A stretch of DNA of 64,000 nucleotides from positions 17,535 to 81,534 of the IMG/VR virus record IMGVR_UViG_3300020472_000016, one strand, 5' to 3'. Both the position numbers and the translations under genes were made by a program. Of this stretch, positions 1 to 6,764 are shown one piece after another. How positions within the stretch are numbered: the stretch's first letter is position 1; each line of letters opens with the position of its first letter. This stretch comes from a virus. A model generated the notes under the pieces. The model was not told where the DNA came from, made no database searches, and saw only the letters and a list, made by a program, of their open reading frames with translations.

Positions 1-210
1 AGAATCGAAGTCAACAGTCAAGAGTGTTTTGCAGTTGTTAGAGCAAAGAATCTAACAGAGGAACTGATCCAATTGTCCTCAAAATTAGAAAGACAAAGTT
101 ATGTTACAAAACTGCTCAAGAAACTGTACTCTGAACTAGACTATCAACATGAGTTACTCAAGAATCCATCACTCAAACAACTCAAATCCAATGATTCTTG
201 GTTAGACTAA
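1..210 (+). CDS. 3' end of hypothetical protein (5' truncated by window)
   Basis: Frame-1 reading frame open from base 1 (RIEVNSQECF...SNDSWLD) to TAA at 208-210; not in ORF track because it has no start. Confidence 0.65.
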   Translation, partial: RIEVNSQECFAVVRAKNLTEELIQLSSKLERQSYVTKLLKKLYSELDYQHELLKNPSLKQLKSNDSWLD

Positions 211-237
211 ACAAACCCAATTCGCATAGGTGAATCA

Positions 238-1374
238 ATGACAACTAAACGAGGTGCTGGCAGTACTGCCGACCATTACATCCAAGACACTGCTGAGATA
301 TACTTAGCAGCACGATTACAAGAGGAAGCAGAAAAGAATGGAGTTGCAATTAGTCACTGTTCAGCAGCACAAGAAGGACAATGGACAGAGTATGCCACAT
401 CACGCAATGTACTCTCTAAGTTCATTGGATCCAAGTATAAGACAAATGTTGATAAAACAGTCAGTGGAATTACATCTGATCTTATCAAGAAGTATCCTGG
501 ACGCAAGTTTTACTTTACATGCGTAGATGCTGAGTATAGAAATAAGAATCTAAAAGGTGATTTACTCATTACATTTGATAATTGTGAGCAAATATCTATC
601 TCAGTTAAGAACTATAAGAATGGATATGATAGTTTACAAGTATGCTCAGGCACATTTAATAGTACTCTAGTTAACTTCTTATTTGAGAATACTGATTGTA
701 CACCAGGTACATATATTGGCACAGATAATAAGAAATTTAAAGGAAGTAAGAGATCAGTTAGAGATAGATATGTCAAAGAGATTGCACCACAGTTATTACC
801 TTTCTTTTGGGAGTTAGATACAATTAATGATGATATTCGTTCATTCTATATTAATAGTGTAGAAGCAGAACATTGGGATAATGTATCATCTAAGTGGAAG
901 GAAGATTGCACATCTATTGGTAAATCAGTAGCACAAACTGTGTGTGATGCGTTATCACTAATTGACAACAAATTAGTGCTTAAAAGGTTACAGAAACAGA
1001 CAGGAATTGTAGGTGATGAGCATCTACTTTGCATTGGTAAAGGTGAATACTTATTCTCACTAACTAATGAGAAATATGAGACACTTAAGAATAGATTAAC
1101 ACATGCAAATAAGGTAGACATTCGTGTTAGTGGACAATCACTTTTCTATGATATATGTGATTTAGATGGTATAATATTAACCATAAATCAACCATGTACT
1201 CTACAAAAGAATGGTGCTTGGCATGCACTTAATGAGGACAAATTTGATGGACTAAGAGAGAAGAATGATAAGGGCAAGAAAGTATTACTTAAGTGGGGTC
1301 AACGTAGACCTGCTAAGAGTAAAGAACTTGCAACCTCAACTAACACTTACCTACGCATAAAACAGGCACTATAG
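238..1374 (+). CDS. putative PD-(D/E)xK nuclease, type II restriction endonuclease-like
   Basis: 378 aa; N-terminal helix with acidic residue (QDTAEIYL) and KGDLLITF...ISISVKNYK (D...SxK variant of the PD-(D/E)xK motif). Confidence 0.5.
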   Translation: MTTKRGAGSTADHYIQDTAEIYLAARLQEEAEKNGVAISHCSAAQEGQWTEYATSRNVLSKFIGSKYKTNVDKTVSGITSDLIKKYPGRKFYFTCVDAEYRNKNLKGDLLITFDNCEQISISVKNYKNGYDSLQVCSGTFNSTLVNFLFENTDCTPGTYIGTDNKKFKGSKRSVRDRYVKEIAPQLLPFFWELDTINDDIRSFYINSVEAEHWDNVSSKWKEDCTSIGKSVAQTVCDALSLIDNKLVLKRLQKQTGIVGDEHLLCIGKGEYLFSLTNEKYETLKNRLTHANKVDIRVSGQSLFYDICDLDGIILTINQPCTLQKNGAWHALNEDKFDGLREKNDKGKKVLLKWGQRRPAKSKELATSTNTYLRIKQAL

Positions 1375-1375
1375 T

Positions 1376-1936
1376 ATGAAAACTCTGTTCCCTATACAAT
1401 ATCATCATGTACATATTAGAGACCATAAAGAAACATTTGGTAAACTATATGATTCATGCAAAGATATATGTAAAGAGGTAGATGGTAAATGGAATTGTTC
1501 AGTTAATAGCACATTCTTTGATGAGAATGATATCGTAGCACCTGAACAATTGGGTGCATTGTTATCACCTTACTTGTATCAATACTTCCCACCTGAAGTA
1601 GAATTAAAAATAGTTAATTCATGGTTAAATGTATACAATAAGGGACAACATCAAGAACCTCATCATCATGTACAGTTTCCAGAGTTTATTAACTTTAGTG
1701 GTGTAATCTTCCTTAATTATGATAAAGAAAAGGATGCACCATTTTACTTTGAGAATATGAACTTAGATCATACGATCTCAGGGTATACTCATATCTTTAA
1801 ACAGAACCCCATCATGTACCCACAAGTAAGACAAGGTGATCTAATCGTCTTCCCTTCATTTGTGCGTCATGGTGTACTGTTACAGAAAGAGGATTCTAAC
1901 CGTACCACATTATCATTTAATTTGGACGTGAGGTAG
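1376..1936 (+). CDS. 2OG-Fe(II) oxygenase superfamily protein (cyanophage TIGR02466-like)
   Basis: SWLNVY..HQEPHHH..FSGVIFL, GDLIVFPSFVRHGV, RTTLSFN: HxH...H...RxxxSFN jelly-roll signature. Confidence 0.85.
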   Translation: MKTLFPIQYHHVHIRDHKETFGKLYDSCKDICKEVDGKWNCSVNSTFFDENDIVAPEQLGALLSPYLYQYFPPEVELKIVNSWLNVYNKGQHQEPHHHVQFPEFINFSGVIFLNYDKEKDAPFYFENMNLDHTISGYTHIFKQNPIMYPQVRQGDLIVFPSFVRHGVLLQKEDSNRTTLSFNLDVR

Positions 1937-1992
1937 GACAGTTTGCAAAGTGCACACTACATGCTGACAAGGGCATCGAACTCGTGTATATT
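1937..1992 (+). promoter_or_regulatory. early sigma70-type promoter P1 with upstream palindromic box
   Basis: GACAGTTTGCAAAGTGCA 1937-1954; -35 CTGACA 1964-1969; 17-bp spacer; -10 TATATT 1987-1992. Confidence 0.7.
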
Positions 1993-1996
1993 ATAA

Positions 1997-2096
1997 GAGT
2001 GGAAAACAAAACGAGGCATGGGTCTCGACATTGTGGGTAAATTGTCCTACTAAGAGCATCGAGTTTAATTCGAACCTCTCGTTTTTGTTTTCCCTC
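1997..2096 (+). ncRNA. candidate structured RNA / 5' leader
   Basis: GGAAAACAAAACGAG (2001-2015) pairs with CTCGTTTTTGTTTTCC (2078-2093); internal hairpins GACA/TGTC (2027-2046) and TCGAG/TTCGA (2059-2073); begins at predicted P1 start site; no credible ORF. Confidence 0.5.
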
Positions 2097-2122
2097 ACCT
2101 AGTCCCTTCTCTTCATTACATT

Positions 2123-2194
2123 ATGACAACTTATGATGCCACCATGTATGAAGAGATACTCAAATACCTAAAGGAGTCTCAAAATGGCATTTAA
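2123..2194 (+). CDS. very small hypothetical protein (23 aa)
   Basis: MTTYDATMYEEILKYLKESQNGI*; first ATG after the structured leader; overlaps next ORF. Confidence 0.35.
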   Translation: MTTYDATMYEEILKYLKESQNGI

Positions 2195-2282
2195 TGCACA
2201 ACAAGCACTTGTTGCACGTCTAGTGGCAGCAGAATCAGGTTTCGAACTTCTTTCTATTATCGATGAGTATCTCAACAACTAA
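2184..2282 (+). CDS. small hypothetical protein (32 aa)
   Basis: AAGGAG Shine-Dalgarno at 2171-2176; MAFNAQQALVARLVAAESGFELLSIIDEYLNN*. Confidence 0.55.
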   Translation: MAFNAQQALVARLVAAESGFELLSIIDEYLNN

Positions 2283-2472
2283 CACACAGTATGCATGGGG
2301 GTCAGGGGACGTAAGTCCCTTTGCCCCTTCTCTTACAACTGAGGAGTACGAAGAGATCATTACATGCATACATGAAAAGATCAAGAGTGAGTACAAGGAC
2401 GATGAAACTTGTAGGTTTTATTCTCATCTCTTGGGTAAACTCCTAGTCCTGGCAAATCAAGAGGAACAATGA
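2263..2472 (+). CDS. hypothetical protein
   Basis: 69-aa ORF in tightly packed early cluster; ATGA overlap with next gene. Confidence 0.65.
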   Translation: MSISTTNTQYAWGSGDVSPFAPSLTTEEYEEIITCIHEKIKSEYKDDETCRFYSHLLGKLLVLANQEEQ

Positions 2473-2654
2473 ACTACACAGTCAATTTTAATCATGGTGA
2501 GTTGTACCGTCTTCTAGAAATCATGGAAGGTGAGTATAACCAACTCAAAGAATCAATTGTTAAGTATAAAGATGATGATTTCTTAAGTGATAACATAGAG
2601 GATTATATTTCACACGATATCTATCACAAACTCAAGCAATCTTTCACCAAATGA
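2469..2654 (+). CDS. hypothetical acidic protein
   Basis: 61 aa; GAGG SD; ATGA overlaps at both ends. Confidence 0.7.
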   Translation: MNYTVNFNHGELYRLLEIMEGEYNQLKESIVKYKDDDFLSDNIEDYISHDIYHKLKQSFTK

Positions 2655-2875
2655 CTGACATTAACTGGGAAATCTTCACTAATGAAACTGATGACAAGCA
2701 GCACTCAATTGATAATATGGGTGATACTTTGTTAGAGAAACTTGAGGCACATATAAATGTAAACAATTTGGAAGAGGCACGAGCAATATTTAATGAGTGG
2801 ATTGTAGATGGAGACGACCCCGAAGACAATGAGTATGAATTCCTATTTTTGGATGCACTCGTAGACACTCCATAA
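2651..2875 (+). CDS. hypothetical acidic cyanophage protein
   Basis: 74 aa, AIFNEWIVDGDDPED motif; translational coupling to upstream ORF. Confidence 0.7.
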   Translation: MTDINWEIFTNETDDKQHSIDNMGDTLLEKLEAHINVNNLEEARAIFNEWIVDGDDPEDNEYEFLFLDALVDTP

Positions 2876-2919
2876 ACTGTCCACCATTCACCCCATTAGG
2901 TGCCGTTTATGCTTATAAT
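2864..2919 (+). promoter_or_regulatory. early promoter P2 with upstream palindromic box
   Basis: GACACTCCATAAACTGTC 2864-2881; perfect TATAAT 2914-2919; no good -35; GGAAAACAAAAC at 2928, same offset as in P1. Confidence 0.7.
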
Positions 2920-2925
2920 GACAGT

Positions 2926-3087
2926 ATGGAAAACAAAACAGATCAAATGACCGTCCTCAACCTCACTCAGTCCGAAGCAGCACTTCTCAACAGCATTTTC
3001 GCTTCTGTCGCTGATTTGGATCTCACCGAGCATATGGACGATGAAACAGAATTCGACACCCTATGGGACAAAGTTTGCAAACTTTGA
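2926..3087 (+). CDS. small acidic hypothetical protein (53 aa; alternative start 2947)
   Basis: MENKTDQMTVLNLTQSEAALL...FDTLWDKVCKL*; directly follows P2. Confidence 0.6.
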   Translation: MENKTDQMTVLNLTQSEAALLNSIFASVADLDLTEHMDDETEFDTLWDKVCKL

Positions 3088-3100
3088 TCCCATTTTTTAT
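3069..3100 (+). terminator. perfect 18-bp palindrome followed by T-tract (possible terminator or operator)
   Basis: CAAAGTTTGCAAACTTTG 3069-3086 is its own reverse complement; TTTTTT at 3093-3098. Confidence 0.35.
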
Positions 3101-3129
3101 TATAAATCACTATCACGGAGTTACTAACA

Positions 3130-3276
3130 ATGAGCACCTTAAATCACGAGACAATTCTAGAAACAATCTATGATGAATTCATAGATGAAGCAACACAAAC
3201 AGGCAACATCTCAATGTATACACAAAAAGAGATTGAGTCCATTGTTTATCAACGTTTCGAGGATCTTTGCCAATGA
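3130..3276 (+). CDS. small hypothetical cyanophage protein (48 aa)
   Basis: GGAG SD at 3117-3120; MSTLNHETILETIYDEF...YQRFEDLCQ*. Confidence 0.7.
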   Translation: MSTLNHETILETIYDEFIDEATQTGNISMYTQKEIESIVYQRFEDLCQ

Positions 3277-3302
3277 TTAACAATCACAATGAAATCAGTA
3301 TC

Positions 3303-3530
3303 ATGGCAAGAAAACGTTATGATACAGTCTTATCTTCTCACTTTGGCATGACATTTTGGTTAGATGATGATAACGACTTCTGTTATTGTCCTACCTTTAA
3401 TGATAACAAACCAGATAAAGATAACTGGGGTTATGTATGTGAATGGGATACAATTACATCTACTGATTTAGATAAATTGTTCTACATTCATAAAGAATGT
3501 GTATTAAACAAAGCATCAATCTGGGCATGA
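3303..3530 (+). CDS. hypothetical protein (track start 3267; ATG 3303 preferred)
   Basis: MARKRYDTVLSSHFGMTFWLDDD...; ATGA overlap with next ORF. Confidence 0.65.
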   Translation: MARKRYDTVLSSHFGMTFWLDDDNDFCYCPTFNDNKPDKDNWGYVCEWDTITSTDLDKLFYIHKECVLNKASIWA

Positions 3531-3874
3531 ATTATTATCAACAAGCAAATCCAAATGCTACTAACTCAGAGTTAGATAGTAAGGTAATCATTAGGAGAGA
3601 TTGTTTTAAAGAATGCAAGAGATTAGACATTCCTGGATATCATGAAGAGTTGTTCATTCATGGTGACAATGTTACACTTAGTCCTGCATTTACCATCAAC
3701 TCCGTTGATAACGAGTATCATGTAATGCAACGTCTTAAGTTAACAACAACTAACCAAGAATGCTATGTGTATGAAAAGATTTATCATGCAGATACAGTTG
3801 CTGATTGTAAAGAATATGTGCTACAATATATACAAGAACCTATTACTTTGGAGATCATAAATGGGGAAAGATAA
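3527..3874 (+). CDS. hypothetical protein (track start 3497; ATG 3527 preferred)
   Basis: MNYYQQANPNATNSELD...; ATG overlaps upstream TGA. Confidence 0.7.
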   Translation: MNYYQQANPNATNSELDSKVIIRRDCFKECKRLDIPGYHEELFIHGDNVTLSPAFTINSVDNEYHVMQRLKLTTTNQECYVYEKIYHADTVADCKEYVLQYIQEPITLEIINGER

Positions 3875-4055
3875 AGAGAAACTACGTGCACAAGTTAAGT
3901 CACGTTTCTATTACCTATTTTGGGGAATTGCCACGATCTCAGTTGTATCAGGTCAAATACTTGTAGCATCTGGTTATAACAAATTTGCTAACACATTAGA
4001 TCGCTTGTTTGATACTATTGAGATACAAATTGATGACCCTATTAATTACTATTAG
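3861..4055 (+). CDS. small membrane protein
   Basis: basic N-terminus then hydrophobic FYYLFWGIATISVVSGQILVA segment; GGAG SD. Confidence 0.7.
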   Translation: MGKDKEKLRAQVKSRFYYLFWGIATISVVSGQILVASGYNKFANTLDRLFDTIEIQIDDPINYY

Positions 4056-4061
4056 ATCATA

Positions 4062-4199
4062 ATGTACAAGAACGTTTGTTTAACTTTGTTAGTTGCAATT
4101 AGTGCCACTAACTTATACATGAATACCATAGAACCACGCATCCGTCAATATAAAATAGACACTTTACAAAGTGTCCAGTATGCACACCATTTCCCCTAG
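4062..4199 (+). CDS. small hypothetical protein with hydrophobic N-terminus (45 aa)
   Basis: MYKNVCLTLLVAISATNLYM...HHFP*; fills the gap between neighbouring genes. Confidence 0.45.
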   Translation: MYKNVCLTLLVAISATNLYMNTIEPRIRQYKIDTLQSVQYAHHFP

Positions 4200-4213
4200 A
4201 TTGTGTGTATAAT
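4158..4213 (+). promoter_or_regulatory. early promoter P3 with perfect palindromic box
   Basis: GACACTTT-AC-AAAGTGTC 4158-4175; TATAAT 4208-4213; no good -35. Confidence 0.75.
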
Positions 4214-4244
4214 AAGTATAACAAACAAACACAGACTTTCACCC

Positions 4245-4568
4245 ATGCGTAAGATCGAACAGCAAATGAATCGTGCTCTAGTTAGTAAAAAGAACTGGGC
4301 AGGATCTAACACCACTGTTTCATACAATGAAAACACAAATTGCTCACAAGTCTTATTACATGGTCATCAAATTGCATCATACGATCATAACACTAACGCA
4401 ATCAAATTAGACTCTTGTGGATATGAAACAGTGACCACAAAGAGCAGACTAAATGCACTTTTAGATGAAGTAATGTATGGTGCTAAAGTATTCCAAAGAA
4501 ATTGGACTTGGTTCGTTAGTTATAACAATCAAACAGAATCTTTCGTTGATGGAATGATACTTATCTAG
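4245..4568 (+). CDS. conserved hypothetical phage protein (MRKIEQQM family)
   Basis: ATG 4245 preferred because track start 4203 lies inside promoter P3; LHGHQIA...TVTTKSRLNALL...VFQRNWTWFV. Confidence 0.8.
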   Translation: MRKIEQQMNRALVSKKNWAGSNTTVSYNENTNCSQVLLHGHQIASYDHNTNAIKLDSCGYETVTTKSRLNALLDEVMYGAKVFQRNWTWFVSYNNQTESFVDGMILI

Positions 4569-4610
4569 CACAATCTCCCATTACTAAATATCATTAAACC
4601 AACACAATCT

Positions 4611-4730
4611 ATGCTAGTTAAAGTATCAACAACTCAACAGACTCGCCCCACTAAGTATCAACAACCTGTACAACTCCAAAGTGTATACAATCCCCCTAAA
4701 TCACGTAAATTAAGTATACTTAATGATTAA
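4611..4730 (+). CDS. small hypothetical protein (39 aa)
   Basis: MLVKVSTTQQTRPTKYQQPV...ILND*; late-promoter-like CTAAATA at 4584-4590. Confidence 0.4.
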   Translation: MLVKVSTTQQTRPTKYQQPVQLQSVYNPPKSRKLSILND

Positions 4731-4758
4731 ACAGTTCTTTACACTTTTCCACAACATT

Positions 4759-4977
4759 ATGTCACTTGTTATTACACCAATTGAGTACACAATCGCTGCA
4801 TCAATTAATAACACTTTAGCAGATGAATATCCTGACTTAGATGATAACGCAATTGCTGAATTATCTAAACAAGTTGCAAACAATTATGACTATTCCGCAA
4901 TTTACGATGATATCCTATTTCTTGCAGATGAGCATATTAGATATCTAACAACAGATGCAAGTTTGTACACTAATTAA
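4759..4977 (+). CDS. hypothetical acidic protein (track start 4723; ATG 4759 preferred)
   Basis: MSLVITPIEY...YDYSAIYDDI... Confidence 0.65.
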   Translation: MSLVITPIEYTIAASINNTLADEYPDLDDNAIAELSKQVANNYDYSAIYDDILFLADEHIRYLTTDASLYTN

Positions 4978-5110
4978 CAATGAGTTTTCCACAGGTTATT
5001 AACACTTTTCCACAGCATTGTGTAGTATTACGGTATTATTTTAAATGTTTAATTTAATATGGTTAAGTGTTAGATAGATGAGTTAATCTTGCTGACTGTT
5101 GTTGTCTAAG

Positions 5111-5166
5111 AGTGTACTCTATTATGTAGGAGTTGTCAACATTTAAGGGACACAACACAAAATGTC
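5111..5166 (-). promoter_or_regulatory. leftward sigma70 promoter P4L
   Basis: Minus-strand TTGACA (5139-5134), 17 bp, TACACT (5116-5111); GACA box half-site starts at 5166, 50 nt before the -10. Confidence 0.7.
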
Positions 5167-5204
5167 ATATAGGGGTTGACTTTTCAGCGAATCCTATATA
5201 CAAT
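5149..5204 (+). promoter_or_regulatory. rightward sigma70 promoter P4R
   Basis: GACACAACACAAAATGTC 5149-5166; TTGACT 5176-5181; 17 bp; TACAAT 5199-5204. Confidence 0.75.
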
Positions 5205-5245
5205 AGGTACAGTTACAAAGTTACACTTAGTAATCGAATTTACCC

Positions 5246-5425
5246 ATGGGTAGGACATACAAACGTAACGACACGTATAAGTCAAATAGACCGAAATCTA
5301 TTCGGGAAAAGAGACAACAATCGAGTCGTAATCGTCCACGGTACAATGATACTTTTTCCACAGACTATGGGGAAAAGTATAACAAACCCACCAGACAGTT
5401 TAATTCACATAGTGATGACAATTAG
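5246..5425 (+). CDS. small basic hypothetical protein (59 aa)
   Basis: MGRTYKRNDTYKSNRPKSIREKRQQ...SDDN*; first ATG downstream of P4R. Confidence 0.65.
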   Translation: MGRTYKRNDTYKSNRPKSIREKRQQSSRNRPRYNDTFSTDYGEKYNKPTRQFNSHSDDN

Positions 5426-5501
5426 TCTGTGCACAGTGTAAGATAGTAGAGATAATATACAGGTCAATTCTTTACACTTTCTCTTGCTCTAATTGCCCCT
5501 C

Positions 5502-5669
5502 ATGACTAAAACTTTAACTCTCGAAACTTCACCCCCAGTTAGTGTTAAACTGTGGGCAAAGGGTTCTAAACACTTTTGGGCGTATGATTACCCACAATGT
5601 AATAAGAATGGTCCATTCAGTTCTTATCAACAATGTCTGAAAGATTGCCAGGAGTATAGTAACAAATGA
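5502..5669 (+). CDS. small hypothetical cyanophage protein (55 aa)
   Basis: MTKTLTLETSPPVSVKLWAKG..HFWAYDY..NGPF..; ATGA overlap with the 5666 ORF. Confidence 0.7.
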   Translation: MTKTLTLETSPPVSVKLWAKGSKHFWAYDYPQCNKNGPFSSYQQCLKDCQEYSNK

Positions 5670-5866
5670 GCACACAATCTATACCCCGTTCGTTATCATT
5701 TTTAATGGAAATGTATGACCTTGGTTCTCTACCAGCAGACGAACAGATAGTATTAGCGCAGGGACTAATTGACTGTGGTCTCGATGATACTTTACATGGC
5801 AAATATCAGCAACTATGTGATTACTTTGTTGCAGAGGGTTTGTGTTACTATGTCCCTGACGATTAG
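5666..5866 (+). CDS. hypothetical protein
   Basis: 66-aa ORF coupled to upstream gene; ends in hairpin TGTCCCT/AGGGACA (5851-5871). Confidence 0.7.
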   Translation: MSTQSIPRSLSFLMEMYDLGSLPADEQIVLAQGLIDCGLDDTLHGKYQQLCDYFVAEGLCYYVPDD

Positions 5867-6029
5867 GGACAGTAAATGATATCGACAGTTGGTTAATCAT
5901 CATCGTTGCTTGTTACATAGGGCGTTATTAAAAAAGTACCTAACGCTAAGCTATAAACGTATCCCAGAGCGGTTGTTATATTTAAAAGCATTTTAAAAAA
6001 TTTTACAATATAAAAAAAGGTCACAGAGG

Positions 6030-6188
6030 TTGGACGAGCAAAAAAGAAAATCAGATAGGAAAGCTGCTAAGAAAATTATTAAACAAGCGAAAGAGCATCC
6101 TGGATATTATACCAAAGAGGATGTGAGGTATGCTAAACTTATTAAACGCCGCACGAAGAAGCGCAAAACTGAGAATGATAAGACATGA
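6030..6188 (+). CDS. small very basic protein (52 aa, TTG start)
   Basis: (M)DEQKRKSDRKAAKKIIKQAKEHPGYYTKEDVRYAKLIKRR...*; not in ORF track. Confidence 0.6.
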   Translation: MDEQKRKSDRKAAKKIIKQAKEHPGYYTKEDVRYAKLIKRRTKKRKTENDKT

Positions 6189-6241
6189 ACTCTCATATGT
6201 TGCGATAACCACGTACGCACTCCTAAAAATACTACTACATC

Positions 6242-6730
6242 ATGGCAAGAAAACGTTACGACGAAGTTTACGAGGTATGGAAGGATTACATAGGCATACC
6301 GTGGTGGAGAGAAAAGAAAGCAATCGGAGGGTGTTATGACATCATCCTGAAGTTCTATAAGGAACAGTTCGGGATGGAGTTGTTTGACTACCCATCAGAG
6401 AAGAAGTATCTTTTTAAACCTGAGTACATCGAAGCAGAATCACAACGTCAGGGAGGGAGCATAGTTGTCTACACTGGTAGAAACGATGAGTCCTTCGATA
6501 TGAATATAATGCAGTTCGGTGATGTAATGATCATGCATCTGTTTATCGACCCACTGGCGGGGGGTTACAGGGTCGATGGTAAGCGTTTGTGCAACCATAT
6601 CGGTATATACCTAGGAGATGGATGGATGTTACACCACCCTTACCAGTGCGAATCTGATATTGTCGATCTACATGACAACAACTGTTCGTGGTATTGCACT
6701 AACACAGAGTTGGTTCTGAGAAAAAAGTAA
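6242..6730 (+). CDS. NlpC/P60-family cysteine peptidase (phage tail-associated type)
   Basis: YIGIPW...GGCYDII (catalytic Cys), QFGDVMIM, NHIGIYLGDGWMLHH (His/His). Confidence 0.85.
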   Translation: MARKRYDEVYEVWKDYIGIPWWREKKAIGGCYDIILKFYKEQFGMELFDYPSEKKYLFKPEYIEAESQRQGGSIVVYTGRNDESFDMNIMQFGDVMIMHLFIDPLAGGYRVDGKRLCNHIGIYLGDGWMLHHPYQCESDIVDLHDNNCSWYCTNTELVLRKK

Positions 6731-6764
6731 ACACTATATAAAGTGTTATTGAGAAATAATTCCT

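Larger units (their letters stand above)
4745..5376. repeat. cluster of TTTTCCACA (cyanobacterial DnaA-box-type) 9-mers
   Basis: Exact copies at 4745-4753, 4985-4993, 5006-5014, 5354-5362; 1-mismatch inverted copy at 5368-5376; AT-rich tract about 5034-5066. Confidence 0.6.

Noticed and set aside
2017-2077. Hammerhead, pistol or tRNA identity for the structured RNA
   Set aside because: CTAAGAG/CGAAC only loosely resemble CUGANGA/GAAA; no pistol core, and no cloverleaf with CCA end; left unassigned
5133-5441. 102-aa ORF in the track
   Set aside because: Starts at a TTG inside the bidirectional promoter; the overlapping 5246-5425 frame starts properly after P4R
5394-5444. Fifth rightward GACA-box promoter
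   Set aside because: GACAGTTT half-site lacks the TGTC arm and has no -10 at the 50-nt offset; only a weak ATGACA-18-TAAGAT nearby
6130-6339. 69-aa ORF in the track
   Set aside because: Overlaps both the basic 6030-6188 ORF and the NlpC/P60 gene out of frame
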